Source of the DNA: Macrostomum hystrix
Lineage: Eukaryota; Animalia; Platyhelminthes
DNA length: 64,000 bases
Direction of reading: 5' to 3'
Assembly: GCA_950097015.1 (NCBI GenBank)
Contig: CATNEN010000012.1
Coordinates: forward strand, 1,550,001 to 1,614,000
Below are positions 38,701 to 50,700 of this stretch, piece after piece. Under the pieces are notes generated by a model, which did not search any database, was not told the DNA's origin, and saw only the letters and a program-made list of their open reading frames with translations. A program made the translations under genes and the position numbers. The first letter of the stretch is position 1. Every line of letters begins with the position of its first letter.

Positions 38701-41700
38701 GATATTTTATTTACGAAATGAAAAAATGATATAAAATAGTCTTCAATCACTACTGGCTGAAAATTAGTCTAAATGATTTGATGCAGTGCAGAATCGAACC
38801 CTAGCCTAGCCTAACCTATTCCTGGTGCCTACACATCGGCTATTCCGACTGTTGGTTAGTGGGTGCAAAAATGAATTCTCAAAGTTCTGGCTTTGTACAA
38901 TGAAGTAAGAAAATAGAGTACACTCAGTCTTGCGGTTGGTTGTGTACATTTATTTCCAATTTGTCTCCAGAGTGCAGGCTTCAAATTCAATCAGCTAGGG
39001 GTTGTTGCGCAATTTGACGATGCAATTCTAATTCAGTGGCAGTGAGTAAAATTCTCAATAGGCCAAGATGGTTTGACCTTTGAAAAATCATGTTTTTCGA
39101 ATATTTAATCCCTTTAGCAATAAAGTTAAGCTTAATAAAAATACGTGTATAATTGTCCCCATATTTGGCATCTTTTGGTGAAGAAATGGTGAAAATCGGT
39201 TGAGCCGTTCGGGAGAAAATCAATTACAACCAACCAACCATTTCATTTTTAGTATAGTGGACTAGCAAGTTTTGCCCCCCTCCGGGGAGCACAAATATTT
39301 TTAATTCGTCCAGTGTATACTTTTTAGCAGCTGTATTTTTTTAAGCTACAATGATGGATGGAGGATGGAATGGAGGATAGCAATTTAGCCCCCCGTTCGG
39401 GGGCACATTTTACAACATGGTGTAAATAGCAATTCAGTGATTTGAGCGAGCAGTATACAATTCGGACTCAATTGTGTTAAAGTACGAAAGCTAGGCCTTT
39501 TGACATTGATAGCTTTCAGCAAATTTTTATTCAATTCCCTCTCGTCGTGACTCAGAAGCGGACAGTCGCATGGCTGCTTTAGGTAAAAACCGATTGACAT
39601 TGACAACATTGACAAAGCATCAACATTGACAAATGATTCAAAAAATCGATGCAAGTGGATTGCAACTTAATTGTTTATAATGAGGTACGGTTTTAATCAT
39701 CTTTTGTTACAAAATACAAACTGTCTGCTTCCGTTTTGCATTGGCGTCTATCCATCAGGGATTTTTGTTAACCGAGAGGGAGGCCCTTCCCTGATGCAGC
39801 AGCAAGCAAATCATAAATCAGGAACCTTTAAAAATTCATTTGCGAATTGCGTCCTTGAGATTTGAATAGAAAAATGCTTGCTGCTTAGAGACCAAGGCAG
39901 TCACCAAGTAGAAAAATGGGCAGATAACATTAAAATAGTATAGAAACAATAGCAAAGTTTACTGAATTGGACTTCGACGAAAAAACAGCACTTTACGAAA
40001 AACTGTCCCTTGAAGACGGAAGTCTAAACATTGAAAGCAATTGGAAGCATGTGGGCCAATGAATTCGCTGTCATCGTCGATTGACGGCATGTCTGTGCGG
40101 ACAGGTGTAAAAAAATGTCCGTTAAAGACAAGTTTATAAACATTGGAAGCATGTGGGCCAATGAATTCGCTGTCATCGTCGATTGACGATTAAAACGGGA
40201 TATTTTTAACGGGCACATTTTAGCTTTGGATTAGGCTTACATTCCATTCCTAAACCCACGTGGAATTGTTTATGAGTAGCGTTTATGAGCTCCGTTTCCA
40301 ATTGTACATGATTGCTTCCCAAAAATTCAGCTCTCTGTACGAGAATGAGCTATCCCACTGACATTTACCGCTGATGAAATCAAGGGCACTCCAACGATAA
40401 GTTTCAGAAATTGGTCAGCCTAATCTTCAGAAAGCACCTCTGGGTACACAATGTTTCTCGTCTTGTTACCGGAAATCCGGATGCGAACATTGGCTGCATC
40501 TTTGGCCCGAGACAGAGCGGTGTACAGCTGGCCGTGGGCGAAGCAGCCTTCCGCCAAGTCGATGCCCACGGTCTCCAGAGACTGGCCCTGAGCTTTGTGA
40601 ACCGTCAGGCAGAAGCTGGCCCGGACGGGAAACTGCAGCCTCTTGAAGCACACTGGCAGGTCCGCATTGTTCGGCTGTAGCGGAATCCGGGGCAGCAGAA
40701 TCTCGTCACCAGAGAATTGGCCTGCCGCAACTTTGCACCGCAGCACATTGTCCCCCAGTGCCAGGACAATCAGTCGCGTTCCGTTGCACAGCCGTGGCGG
40801 GTTGATGTTTCGCAGAAGCACCACCGGCATGCCCACTTTAAACTTAAGCAGGTGCTTCGGCAAGTTCGGTGCCTCCAATCGGTTGAGCAGCTCAGGAGGG
40901 AAGTGCGTGGCAGAATCCTCATCAGCCACGCTGTCGATCGACTTGATCTCCCGCATGCTGCCCGGGAACATGGCCAGGCACTCATCGTTGATCGCATCAA
41001 CGGCCTCGTTATACGGAGCCAAAATTACTCTGCTGGCAAAGTAGGCGTCTCTAGCGTCAGTTGCTTCGAACGAAGGGTAAACGAACTCGATCAGGTCCTT
41101 CAGGGAGGCACCTGCCGGCATCAGGATCTCAGGCGGAAGCGAAACGTTGCCATCAGAGTCCTCCTCAATAGAACCTGAGCCGATCTGTGAGGTAAATATT
41201 GGTATAAAGCAATCAATTATACTTTCTGAAACTCAAATTGGGAGAAAATTTAGCAACAGAATTATATCAAACAAGAGTGCATCAAATCAGTGTGTAATTG
41301 TAAATAAAAAATAAAGTTTGCGTATTTTTACACCTAAACATGACGCCTACTAAGAAGCACAAATATACTCTACCAGCTCAGCTCTAGTCTAGCTACTAAA
41401 TCCTTAAAAAACGAAAAATGCTCACCTGCATCAGCAACTGCGAGTAACGCTGGCATAACGCAGAAGCGAAACTGCTCTGCAGCCGAATGTTCCTTGTCAG
41501 GCGGTGCCGTCGGAATGATTTCCATAACCTGGACCTGCTAACGCACGCTGCGACGCTGTTTGCCCTGGTTCCATTTTTAACAACTGGAAGCAACTGACGG
41601 AAATCTCCGCTACACACGACGACAATTCCTCCAAATGGAGCATCATTCTTCCGAATGTCTTGCAGAGTCCGGTCCACGGCCTCCAAGTCTTGCCGGTTGG

Positions 41701-44700
41701 TCATGGAGACCTCATCCCAGACAATGAGACGCGCGCTCCTGAACACGCCAGCTTGTCGCGACTGGGCACCGACAGAGCAGACGCCTCTTTCTGACCTCAC
41801 CAAACACACCGGAATCTTGAATCTACCAAACAAATATTGCAAGACTCTTTTAAGTATACGATTTTCACAAAAGTGATTAAATATGCATGATGCCACTGAT
41901 CAATTCATCAACGGAACTCACGCTGAATGCGCCGTCTGTCCTCCCGGCAGCAGTGTGGCTGCAATACCAGACGAAGCGACTGCAATGGCAATTTCGCACC
42001 GGCTGCGCACGAAAGCCAGCAACACCTCTAGCAGAAACGTCTTTCCAGTTCCAGCCGGCGCATCCAGAAAGTGCAGGCCGCCAGAGCCGGTAATCACGTC
42101 TGCAGTGATGAATTCATACGCAGCTCGCTGCTCGTCAGTCAGCTGTGGCACGCGCATCTCGGCGATCTCGGTCTGTTCGACCGTGTCGAACTGCAGTGGT
42201 CCGACATAAGGTGCAGCTGAGGCAACAGGCAGCCCGTACTCTGGCAAGCTCCGGCCACCCATGGAGGTCAGCATGTTCTGCAGTTCGCGCAGTGCCATGT
42301 CGGTCACCTCATCGACGCTCAGGTTCGGATGGCGGTAGCGCAAGTCCTCGCTCAGGTCTTCCGCGAAGCTGCTCCACAGTTTTTTCGCCATCTTGTGGCT
42401 CGCCCCATTCAAGAATAACTGCAAGCAGGTGCCTCACAGCTCTGGGCATTCGTGACTGCACAGCCTCTGCCAAGCATCTGTGCCAGTGGTCGTCTCGCTG
42501 CAGCAAGCCGAGAGCTATACACGCAGCCCTGGCGTCGTACAGCACGCCATCTACAGTTTGCAGTGCCTCGTAGCTGGTCGGTCCTCGCACGTGCAGCAGC
42601 AGGAGGCGGATGAAGAACAGCTCTCCTGCTCTCGGAGACACGGTATACATGCGTGAAATGTTGGTGTTTCGCTTCACTCCCGGATATCCTTCAACATCAT
42701 CGCCCCGCTTGGCGCGGCGCCACTCCCTGGCGCTCTGGTGCCAGATGAAGAAGGAAGGTACCTCAGTGTAGAGGAGGCTCCGAGCGAACTCGTCAGTTCG
42801 ACACAGCTTAAAGAAAGCGGTTAGCGTTGAATCTCTTGGCGCCGTTGCCCTGGCGCTCGCAGTTGCCTCGTTGAAGTACACCAACTGTTTATTTCGCTCG
42901 TGAACGCAGAGGCGAATTACAGCTGGGAACCTGTTGTGCACCTGATGCAATGTTAGAATTTATTTATTTATTTATTTCCTTTATTTAGCATTACTTTAGT
43001 ATCACGGAATAAAAGCTATTATAGCTAAATCTTAAGGCTCCAGGTCAGTGGCCGCCGAAACAAAGTGGCAAGCAATAATAAAAGCATAAAAGTTATCGAA
43101 GACAATAATCATACAGCTTACTTCGAAACCCAGAATCGTATTGACAGCTTCCATGGGTCCAATGTAACGGGCAGAAAGGTACTCAGAGATCTCATCGCGT
43201 GCTTCTCGAACTGGCGCAGGCTGATTCTGCTGCCGATCAGCTGACTGCGGCGCATTCCCAGTAGCCGCAGGCTCGGACTGTGGCGAATTCTTGGCCTGTG
43301 TCACTCGGAAGGTCGCCATATCGCCATTCTTCAGCAAGTACTTAATGATGTACTTGACTGACTTGACCGATGCACTGACTTCCACATTTATGTGACACTC
43401 AAATTCAAGCAGCAGACTTGGATTGTAGGGCACGACAAACCTTAAAGTTTTATGTAAGGTCGTTAGATAACTGTTGAGAAAAAAATGTAATTGTGATCAC
43501 TGTAAATTCAATAGAAAAATGGAATTGTGATTGTGTGCTTGAGTGAATTTTAGTCATAAATTATTATAAAGACTGAATTAAAACATGTGATGGTTAAAAT
43601 ACGTACGTAGTTTAAATGTACATAGTCGCAATTTCAGATATGCGCTTGCCATTCGTTCTTAGCTTGACACTCACCGATTGTCCATGCGAACAGTTCCACC
43701 TCTGAACGGCTTGTCCACCTCGAATCCGCCCATTTCCGGGGAGCGCCTTCTGTATCGAGGATAGCCTGCATCAGTCACCATTGTAGCGGGCATGAAATCT
43801 TTCGGAAAGTCCTTGCTGCATTTGCCATTCTCCATGCAGGCGCAATTGGGGTTCACTTTGCCACACGGACCGTGAATCATGTGGGTTTTGACCAGCTCAT
43901 GCAGCACCGGTTGAGTCTGAGGATCCGGAATCTCCGCCGAAACAATCTCATCATATCGGTCAGGAGTCACACGATGCCTGCTCTTCAGCCACAGCAGAAT
44001 GTGCACATGCGGCAGACCTGAGTTGCGACAATACAACAGAAATGCTCAGAAATCATTCAGTAATTGATTGATAAAAACGAGTAATTACGCCAAGGCAAAA
44101 TCGCAATAAACTAAATATCTGAATCTTCTAAAATCTGAAGGTCTCCTAAAAAAATCATTCACACAATCCAGAAACTAAAAACTATTTTCACAATGCGCAG
44201 AAGTTCCAAATATAAAAATCAAATCCTTTAGACAGATTTTTCTCACCGCGCTTCTGATACTCCAGAGCACAGACGTGCGCAGCCACCTGTCCGAAGTATT
44301 TTGTGAGCCGAGCCATTAGAGCCTTCTTCTTCAGCTCAAACACGCGGGTGACAATATCCGGTCGATCCTCAGGTCGCTGTCCAGGTAGCAGTTCAGCGCT
44401 GATTTCTGTCCATTTCGGGTTGCAGGTAGCTGTTATGAACAGGTCTGGCTTGCCAAACTTATGCACATAGGCCATAGCATCCTGAAGTCGCTCCATCATG
44501 TAGCGGGGCCCGCCTACGAAGCTGGAAGACAGAAAAACTCGCTTCCCGACTTCATTGGGGTCAGAATTTTTCCGCAGTCCGTCTGCAGCAAAAAGGGCGT
44601 CTCGAAGGCCGCTGTACGTTTCGCTTCGAAGGTCGTCCTGATGGGTGCGAAGGTACGTAAGCCTCTCGCCCTCAATTTTGCAGCAAGCATCAACAAGGTA

Positions 44701-47700
44701 CTGCTGAAACAGTCGGCGGCCGTAGTGAAGCGCATTGAACTGACCAGGCCGCACCATGATCTCGCTAGCATAGTACTTGCGAGGAGTCAGCTTGCCGTTG
44801 TTGGTCATTCTCAGTTCTGGGTGCCACCCGTCCTGTCCGTACGGCAGGAACAGCACGTACTGCAGTGCATCGTAGGCTCGATGCGTCACAGAAACTGAGT
44901 GCAGACGCCTGTGGCTTCCATCATCAGGATGTCGAAGCTCAATCAAGACGTCGCGTGAAGTTATGGAGCCTTCAGAGGTGTCGCCAACAACAAGGATGCC
45001 GACCTCATTTGCTTCAGGCAAATTGTAGCGCCTAAAATGGGGGTACTGGCCAATGAATACTTCACCGCAGCCTGTCTTTATGAACTGTTTCGAACATGCA
45101 TATAAGTTTTTGGAAAGATAGCAAATCTAGAATCACGAAATCACGAATCAACAAAATTTTTATTCAATATTGATAAACGATTAACTAATTTTTCAACTCT
45201 GTTTACAGACAGTACACGAAATACCAAACCGCGATAATGCATTATTCACTAACGAACTGAAACCCTTAGTCAGACTCACCGGATATGCTCTTCAGTCGGT
45301 CGGCGGTTCGGGTAAATGACAATTCGAGCATCTCCTAGCTTGGGCTCTTCGGCAATCCGCTGTGCTGCAGCCTTCAAACTCCTGACATATTCGTTGCAGT
45401 CGTGCAACACGGCCTGCAGCAGCTGCAGCAGCTCCAGTTTGACACTTTTGCTTAGACTCTGGCGGCTCTCCAATTCACGGTCCGTGAAATAAACCTGCCA
45501 GCCATGAGGCACATCCGAAGCCCCAGCATACAGAGGCGGGATGTTGTGGACCAGCTCCCCATTGATGATGTAACTGGGGCAGTAACCTCGCATGGGTCGC
45601 AGGGTAGCCTTCAGTGAGGTGAGGTGCAGCACTGCATTATAGCTTCTGATGTTTGCCAAGAAATCAGAGCTCAGCCGGTGGCGTCCAACGAACAGGTTCT
45701 CCAGAATTTGCGGCACGGTCTTCACGGGCAGCTTTACCTTGCCAGCTGCACAGCAAATTCCTGCTGGTTCTCGTTCCCAGTGCAAGGCGTTGCAGTGCCG
45801 GCAGGGCTCGTTCATGGGGCCCACCTGATGGGCTTGTGGTTCCGGCCTGGCTGTGGAATCGGAACTGTCGACGAAAGTAGAGGGTCAATGCATTTAGTAC
45901 TTTTAGTTTTTCTCAATACTGCTACATCTATTTTCAAAATAAAAGATACAAAATGCAGTAGAAATTTCTCTAGTAATTCATAGTTATAGAGGCAAAAAGT
46001 ATAGATTTCCATAGAACTCACTCAGCATCCTCATCTGAAAATTCTGTCATATCAGATGCAGCACTGACCACAGCCTGACGGTTGAGGCTGCAACAAAAAA
46101 TAAAACTGCAGCTTTCACTCCTTTAAAACAAGAAATAATCAGGACGATATATTTCTTAGGCCTGGTATAAACATTTTTGAGGATTGGAGAATATAATGTA
46201 AAAATAAAAATATGAAAAGACTCACCCTGCAGAGTTGCCAGCAAGAAACTCCGGCAGAGCAGATGCAGCATTGGCCTCAGGAACAGGAGTCACAAAACGC
46301 AGAGACTCATAGTGCTCACCCTGGCGGTTATAAAGAAGTTGCACCACAGCAGCTGCAGGCCTTCTTGCTGCTGAAACCTGCTGCACCAGCTGGAGCTGTC
46401 TACTGTCGTGGTCAGCATACTGATAAATTACATAATCCACATCCAGAAGTTGATTCAGAATCGGTGCAATGTGCTCATGCACATCAACTCCATTCTGCTC
46501 TGTCTCAGCAATCACTCTGTCCAATGTTAGGCCAAGAGCATCAAGTGTGGCATGCTGAGCTTCGAGTAGTGGCCTTGCATTGGCAGCAACTGTATGCCGA
46601 AGTTGCTTATGGTCCATGTAAATTGGTGTGCCGATAAGCTGGTCAGACACTGCATGGAAGTAACAGTTTCCATCTCCTGGCACTCTCGTGACTTGCGTTG
46701 CACTAATTGGCAGAGTGCTAGGCAGACACACTTGACTGTACGTTTAGAGAATTTGGCATTTACAGACTTTAGCTAAATTAGGCAAACATGTGCAAAACGC
46801 GATCAAAATGACATATTATTGGCTTTAAAACAACCAAGAGGATTGCTCTAGAAAAGCGGCAACAATGCATTGATTGTGCGTAAAAACATTTGAAAAACAT
46901 TTTTCACTCAGAAACATATTGGCATGAATTTCTTTTTCTTCAAATTGGTCGCTTTACCTGAGGCTTTGTTCCGGCTCGAGAGACGCCCGATAGCGCAATC
47001 GATGAAACTCTAGCCGATCTTCCCGCTGCGAATCAGATTCTTCTGTTCTTCGCCAATTCGAGCGCTCCTGGTCGGCCAGCAGGCGGGCTTCGCGTTCAGG
47101 ATCCGTCTCCAGCGATCTGCGGCGACTCGAGCGCTCCTGGTCTGCCAGCAGGCGGGCTTCGCGTTCAGGATCCGTCTCCAGCGATCTGCGGCGACTCGAG
47201 CGCTCCTGGTCTGCCAGCAGGCGGGCTTCGCGTTCAGGATCCGTCTCCAGCGATCTGCGGCGACTCGAGCGCTCCTGATCTGCCAGCAGGCGGGCTTCGC
47301 GTTCAGGATCCGTCTCCAGCGATCTTCGGCGACTCGAGCGCTCCTGATCTGCTAGCAGGCGGGCTTCGCGTTCAGATATCGACTCGCCAGACCGACGTTT
47401 CTTTTCGCTTTCTTGTTTTCCTCGCCTTCCTGCTTGCAGTCGCTGCTCTCGAGCTTCGGCTGATTCTTCTCGGCGGCGTCTCTTTGCTTCGCGACTTTTC
47501 GTCAATGCGCTTTTAGCACCACGTTTTGCCATTCTGGGTACAGTGATTAGTTTAAATAATAGATATGGAATAGAAATATGATATATGAATAATATCAGAT
47601 GAATGTAAGCGGAACAAACTGAAATGAAAGCAAGTTATACTTAGCTTAGGTAAACCAAGTAGTAGCTAGTAGGTGTTGGCGCAGAGAAAACAATCAGAGC

Positions 47701-50700
47701 CCATCTTATCCTTTCAATGAAATCGATAATCGACCAAGCGTACATAGCTTGGATGCCTGTTTAAAAATCCAAATGTACAGACGCGACCATAGAGCACATT
47801 TTAATACTTTGCATGCACGACGGCCTGCTTTCTGTAGTGTACACTCTGCTATAGCATTGGGTTGATTGGCTGCATTGAACAGGGGCGAAGGACTGCTGAC
47901 GCAATCACGGCCACCTACTCTGGTTTGTACTGATGCATTGGAGAAGACAGGGCAGCAGTCAAATCAGCTACCAGAGTACACGCCCTCGCCCTTGCAAAGC
48001 ATTGGGACAGTGGGGCCGGCTAGCTAGCAGTGTGGTGATGTAATGTTCATGAATTTGCAATTCAGACTGCCAACAAAACAGCTGGCGAGGTGACCTTTCT
48101 TTAACTCGACAGAAAAGCAGGTTTTTCGAATATTTAATACTGTTAGCATTGAAGCAGATTATCGAAATTTTCATAAATTGTCTGGTTTAAAACCGCTGGT
48201 TTTGCCATGATTCAAACTCTGGGTTAGCCATGATTCTAACGCTGGGTTAGCCATAATTCAATTTCAAACTCTGGTTTAGCCATGATTGAAACTCTCGTTT
48301 AGCAATGATTCAGACTCTGGTTTAGCCATGATTCAAACTCTGGTTTAGCCATGATTTAAGCTCTGGTTTAGCCATGATTCAAACGCTGGGTTAGCCATGA
48401 TTCAGACTATTGTTTTGCTAGGCAAAAGTGAATTATAAGTAATCATAGTAATTATCTCGCCAGTGGGGTTGACACAGCTATGCACATTTGGGTGAGAAAT
48501 TTCTTATCAGTACGCTCACCTAACAAAACTGGCTCTGATGCAATCATTCAAATTGGCACTGGAGCCTCACTGTGCACAAGTTGAATAAATGAATCCATTG
48601 GAAAAGCCTATGTAAACCAGTTAATCCCCTTGGCAATGGAATTAAGCTTAATAAAAATACGTGTACTGATTCGGGACCATTTGACATATTTTGGTGAAGG
48701 AATTTTGAAAATCGGTCGAGCCGTTCGGAAGATAGTTTGATTGCAAACATACAAACAAAGATACATACATAAATAAAATATTTTTTGTTGCAGTTCTGAA
48801 TCTGATAACGCCTGCAGCTATGCTCAAAAACTCTTTCCTTAGTTTTAGTATTGAATAAAACTTGCTGCTTCACTCGAAAATACTTATATTCTTTTCTGAG
48901 AGCGAGTACAGTAATAATAAAGCTAAAAAACATCTGCTTCGACAGTACCTAACCAAAAGCGCTTATTATTTATACTCGAACCAAAAAAATTGCCAATAAA
49001 AATACTAATAAACAGTAAATTACGTTTTTAACTGTTGATGATAGAAGATTTGAAGAAAAAGAAGCAGTAACAAAGCTGATGCTGAATTTGGATCTGCATT
49101 CTGCAAAATCGAAGTCGAGACAAGGTTTGACAATAGAAAGGCTGCAGTTTTATGGATAGAAAGGAGGAGGAGAGGTCTCGCTAGCATTGAGCATCATAAA
49201 AGCCCAATCATGAAATCTGCTATGTACTCGTACGTCTGAAATCACTCAATCAGCCAAGAGACAAATTTATAAACGCACGTACGGGTCGAAAAGCATTGAC
49301 GCAACCCTATTCAATTGAGAGTATCGGGCCCTGTTCTGTGCTATACCAATGCACGCGCGGGCGAGAAAAAGCACCGATGCAATCTAATAAAACTTACAGT
49401 GCCCGGACCTATTCTAATTTAACCTTGTTTGGCCTCCTATTGAAAGCAATAGGAAAACTCGTTTTTCGAATATTTAATATTGTTAGCATTGAAGCAGACT
49501 AACGAAATTTTCAAGGTCTCTAGCCAGTAAAATTTGGCATGTTTAGCAAAAAACGCGATCAAATTTGGTTGAGGCATTTAGCCTGTGTATCGAAATTCCA
49601 CAGACAGACAGACAGACAGACTTTAGAGATTTAGTATAGTTGGAAGAAGATATAAGTATAGTTTCATAACTGTAATCCCATTTGTGCAGCGGGATCAGCT
49701 TTACTCTTTGTAGATGGGTGAAACTAAAAAAATAATTGGCAGAGCGGTTACGTAATCGCATCTTTGGCTAAGTTTTCTCTGCTTTCCGCTAGCCCAAGTG
49801 GAACTGGGTTAAGCCGAATCGATTGCCCTGGCTTCATTTTCTAATCCTTTCCTCTTTCCCCTTCCCATCCAATTTTCTGCCTTCATTCCCAAAAATATTC
49901 CAACATTATCTTCCGTGACCACGGCTTGAATATATTTCATTGGGTTCTTTTTTAAATTACTTCATGGCTTTTGCTTTTTGACGTAGAAAATATATAAATA
50001 CCTGATTGCCTAGTCCGAAGTAATTTCCCTGTCTCAGTAGCTCTCTTTCCGGCCAAAGAGTATCGAATTTCAGATGTTATGGCATGTCACCTGCTCACGG
50101 CAAGGAATAGTGAGATTCTATCTCTAGGTAGCTCATTAGTTAAGTAATTATGTATCCAGGTAGGTCATTACTTGGTCATTCTAAATCTACGTAGGTCATT
50201 CTATTTCTAGGTTAGTCATTAGTTGGGTCGTTCTATTTCTAGGTTAGTCATTAGTTGGGTCGTTCTATTTCTAGGTTAGTCATTAGTTGGGTCGTTCTAT
50301 TTCTAGGTTAGTCATTAGTTAGGTCATTCTATTTCTAGGTTGGTCATTAGTTGGGTCATTCAATTTCTAGGTTGGTCATTAGTTGGGTCATTCAATTTCT
50401 AGGTTGGTCATTAGTTGGGTCATTCTTTTTCTAGGTTAGTCATTAGTTGGGTCATTCTATTTCTAGGTTAGTAATTAGTTGGGTCATTCTATTTCTAGGT
50501 TAGTAGTCATTAGTTGGGTCATTCTATTTCTAGGTTAGTCATTAGTTGGGTCATTCTATTTCTAGGTTGGTCATTACTTGGGTCATTCAATTTCTAGGTT
50601 GGTCATTAGTTGGGTCATTCTATTTCTAGGTTGGTCATTACTTGGGTCATTCAATTTCTAGGTTGCTCAAGCTACTTGCTGAATTCCTATTGCCATCTGT

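Larger units (their letters stand above)
36163..39261 (-). mobile_element. Non-autonomous Helitron E2 (about 3.1 kb), filled with minisatellites
   Basis: 5' TCCACTATACTAAAAATG at 39261. 3' hairpin GCTCCCC-GAA-GGGGGGC (36192-36176) followed by AAAACTTGCTTAT. The 3' ~100 bp is similar to the E1 3' end (39262-39355), and the 23-mer array is shared with E1. Confidence 0.75.
39262..49650 (-). mobile_element. Autonomous-type Helitron E1 (about 10.4 kb), antisense in SBF intron 5
   Basis: Encodes RepHel. 3' hairpin GCTCCCC-GGA-GGGGGGC (39290-39274), 8-nt spacer, CTAG (39265-39262). Best 5' end is A|TCTTCTTCCAACTATACTAAA..(TCTG)n at 49650. The 5' boundary is less certain than the 3' boundary. Confidence 0.85.

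Noticed and set aside
37079-48410. Idea that the Helitron inserted into and split one 23-mer satellite
   Set aside because: The termini found (CTAG at 39262, TC at 39261 and 49650) place one array inside E2 and the other inside E1. Neither abuts an insertion junction.
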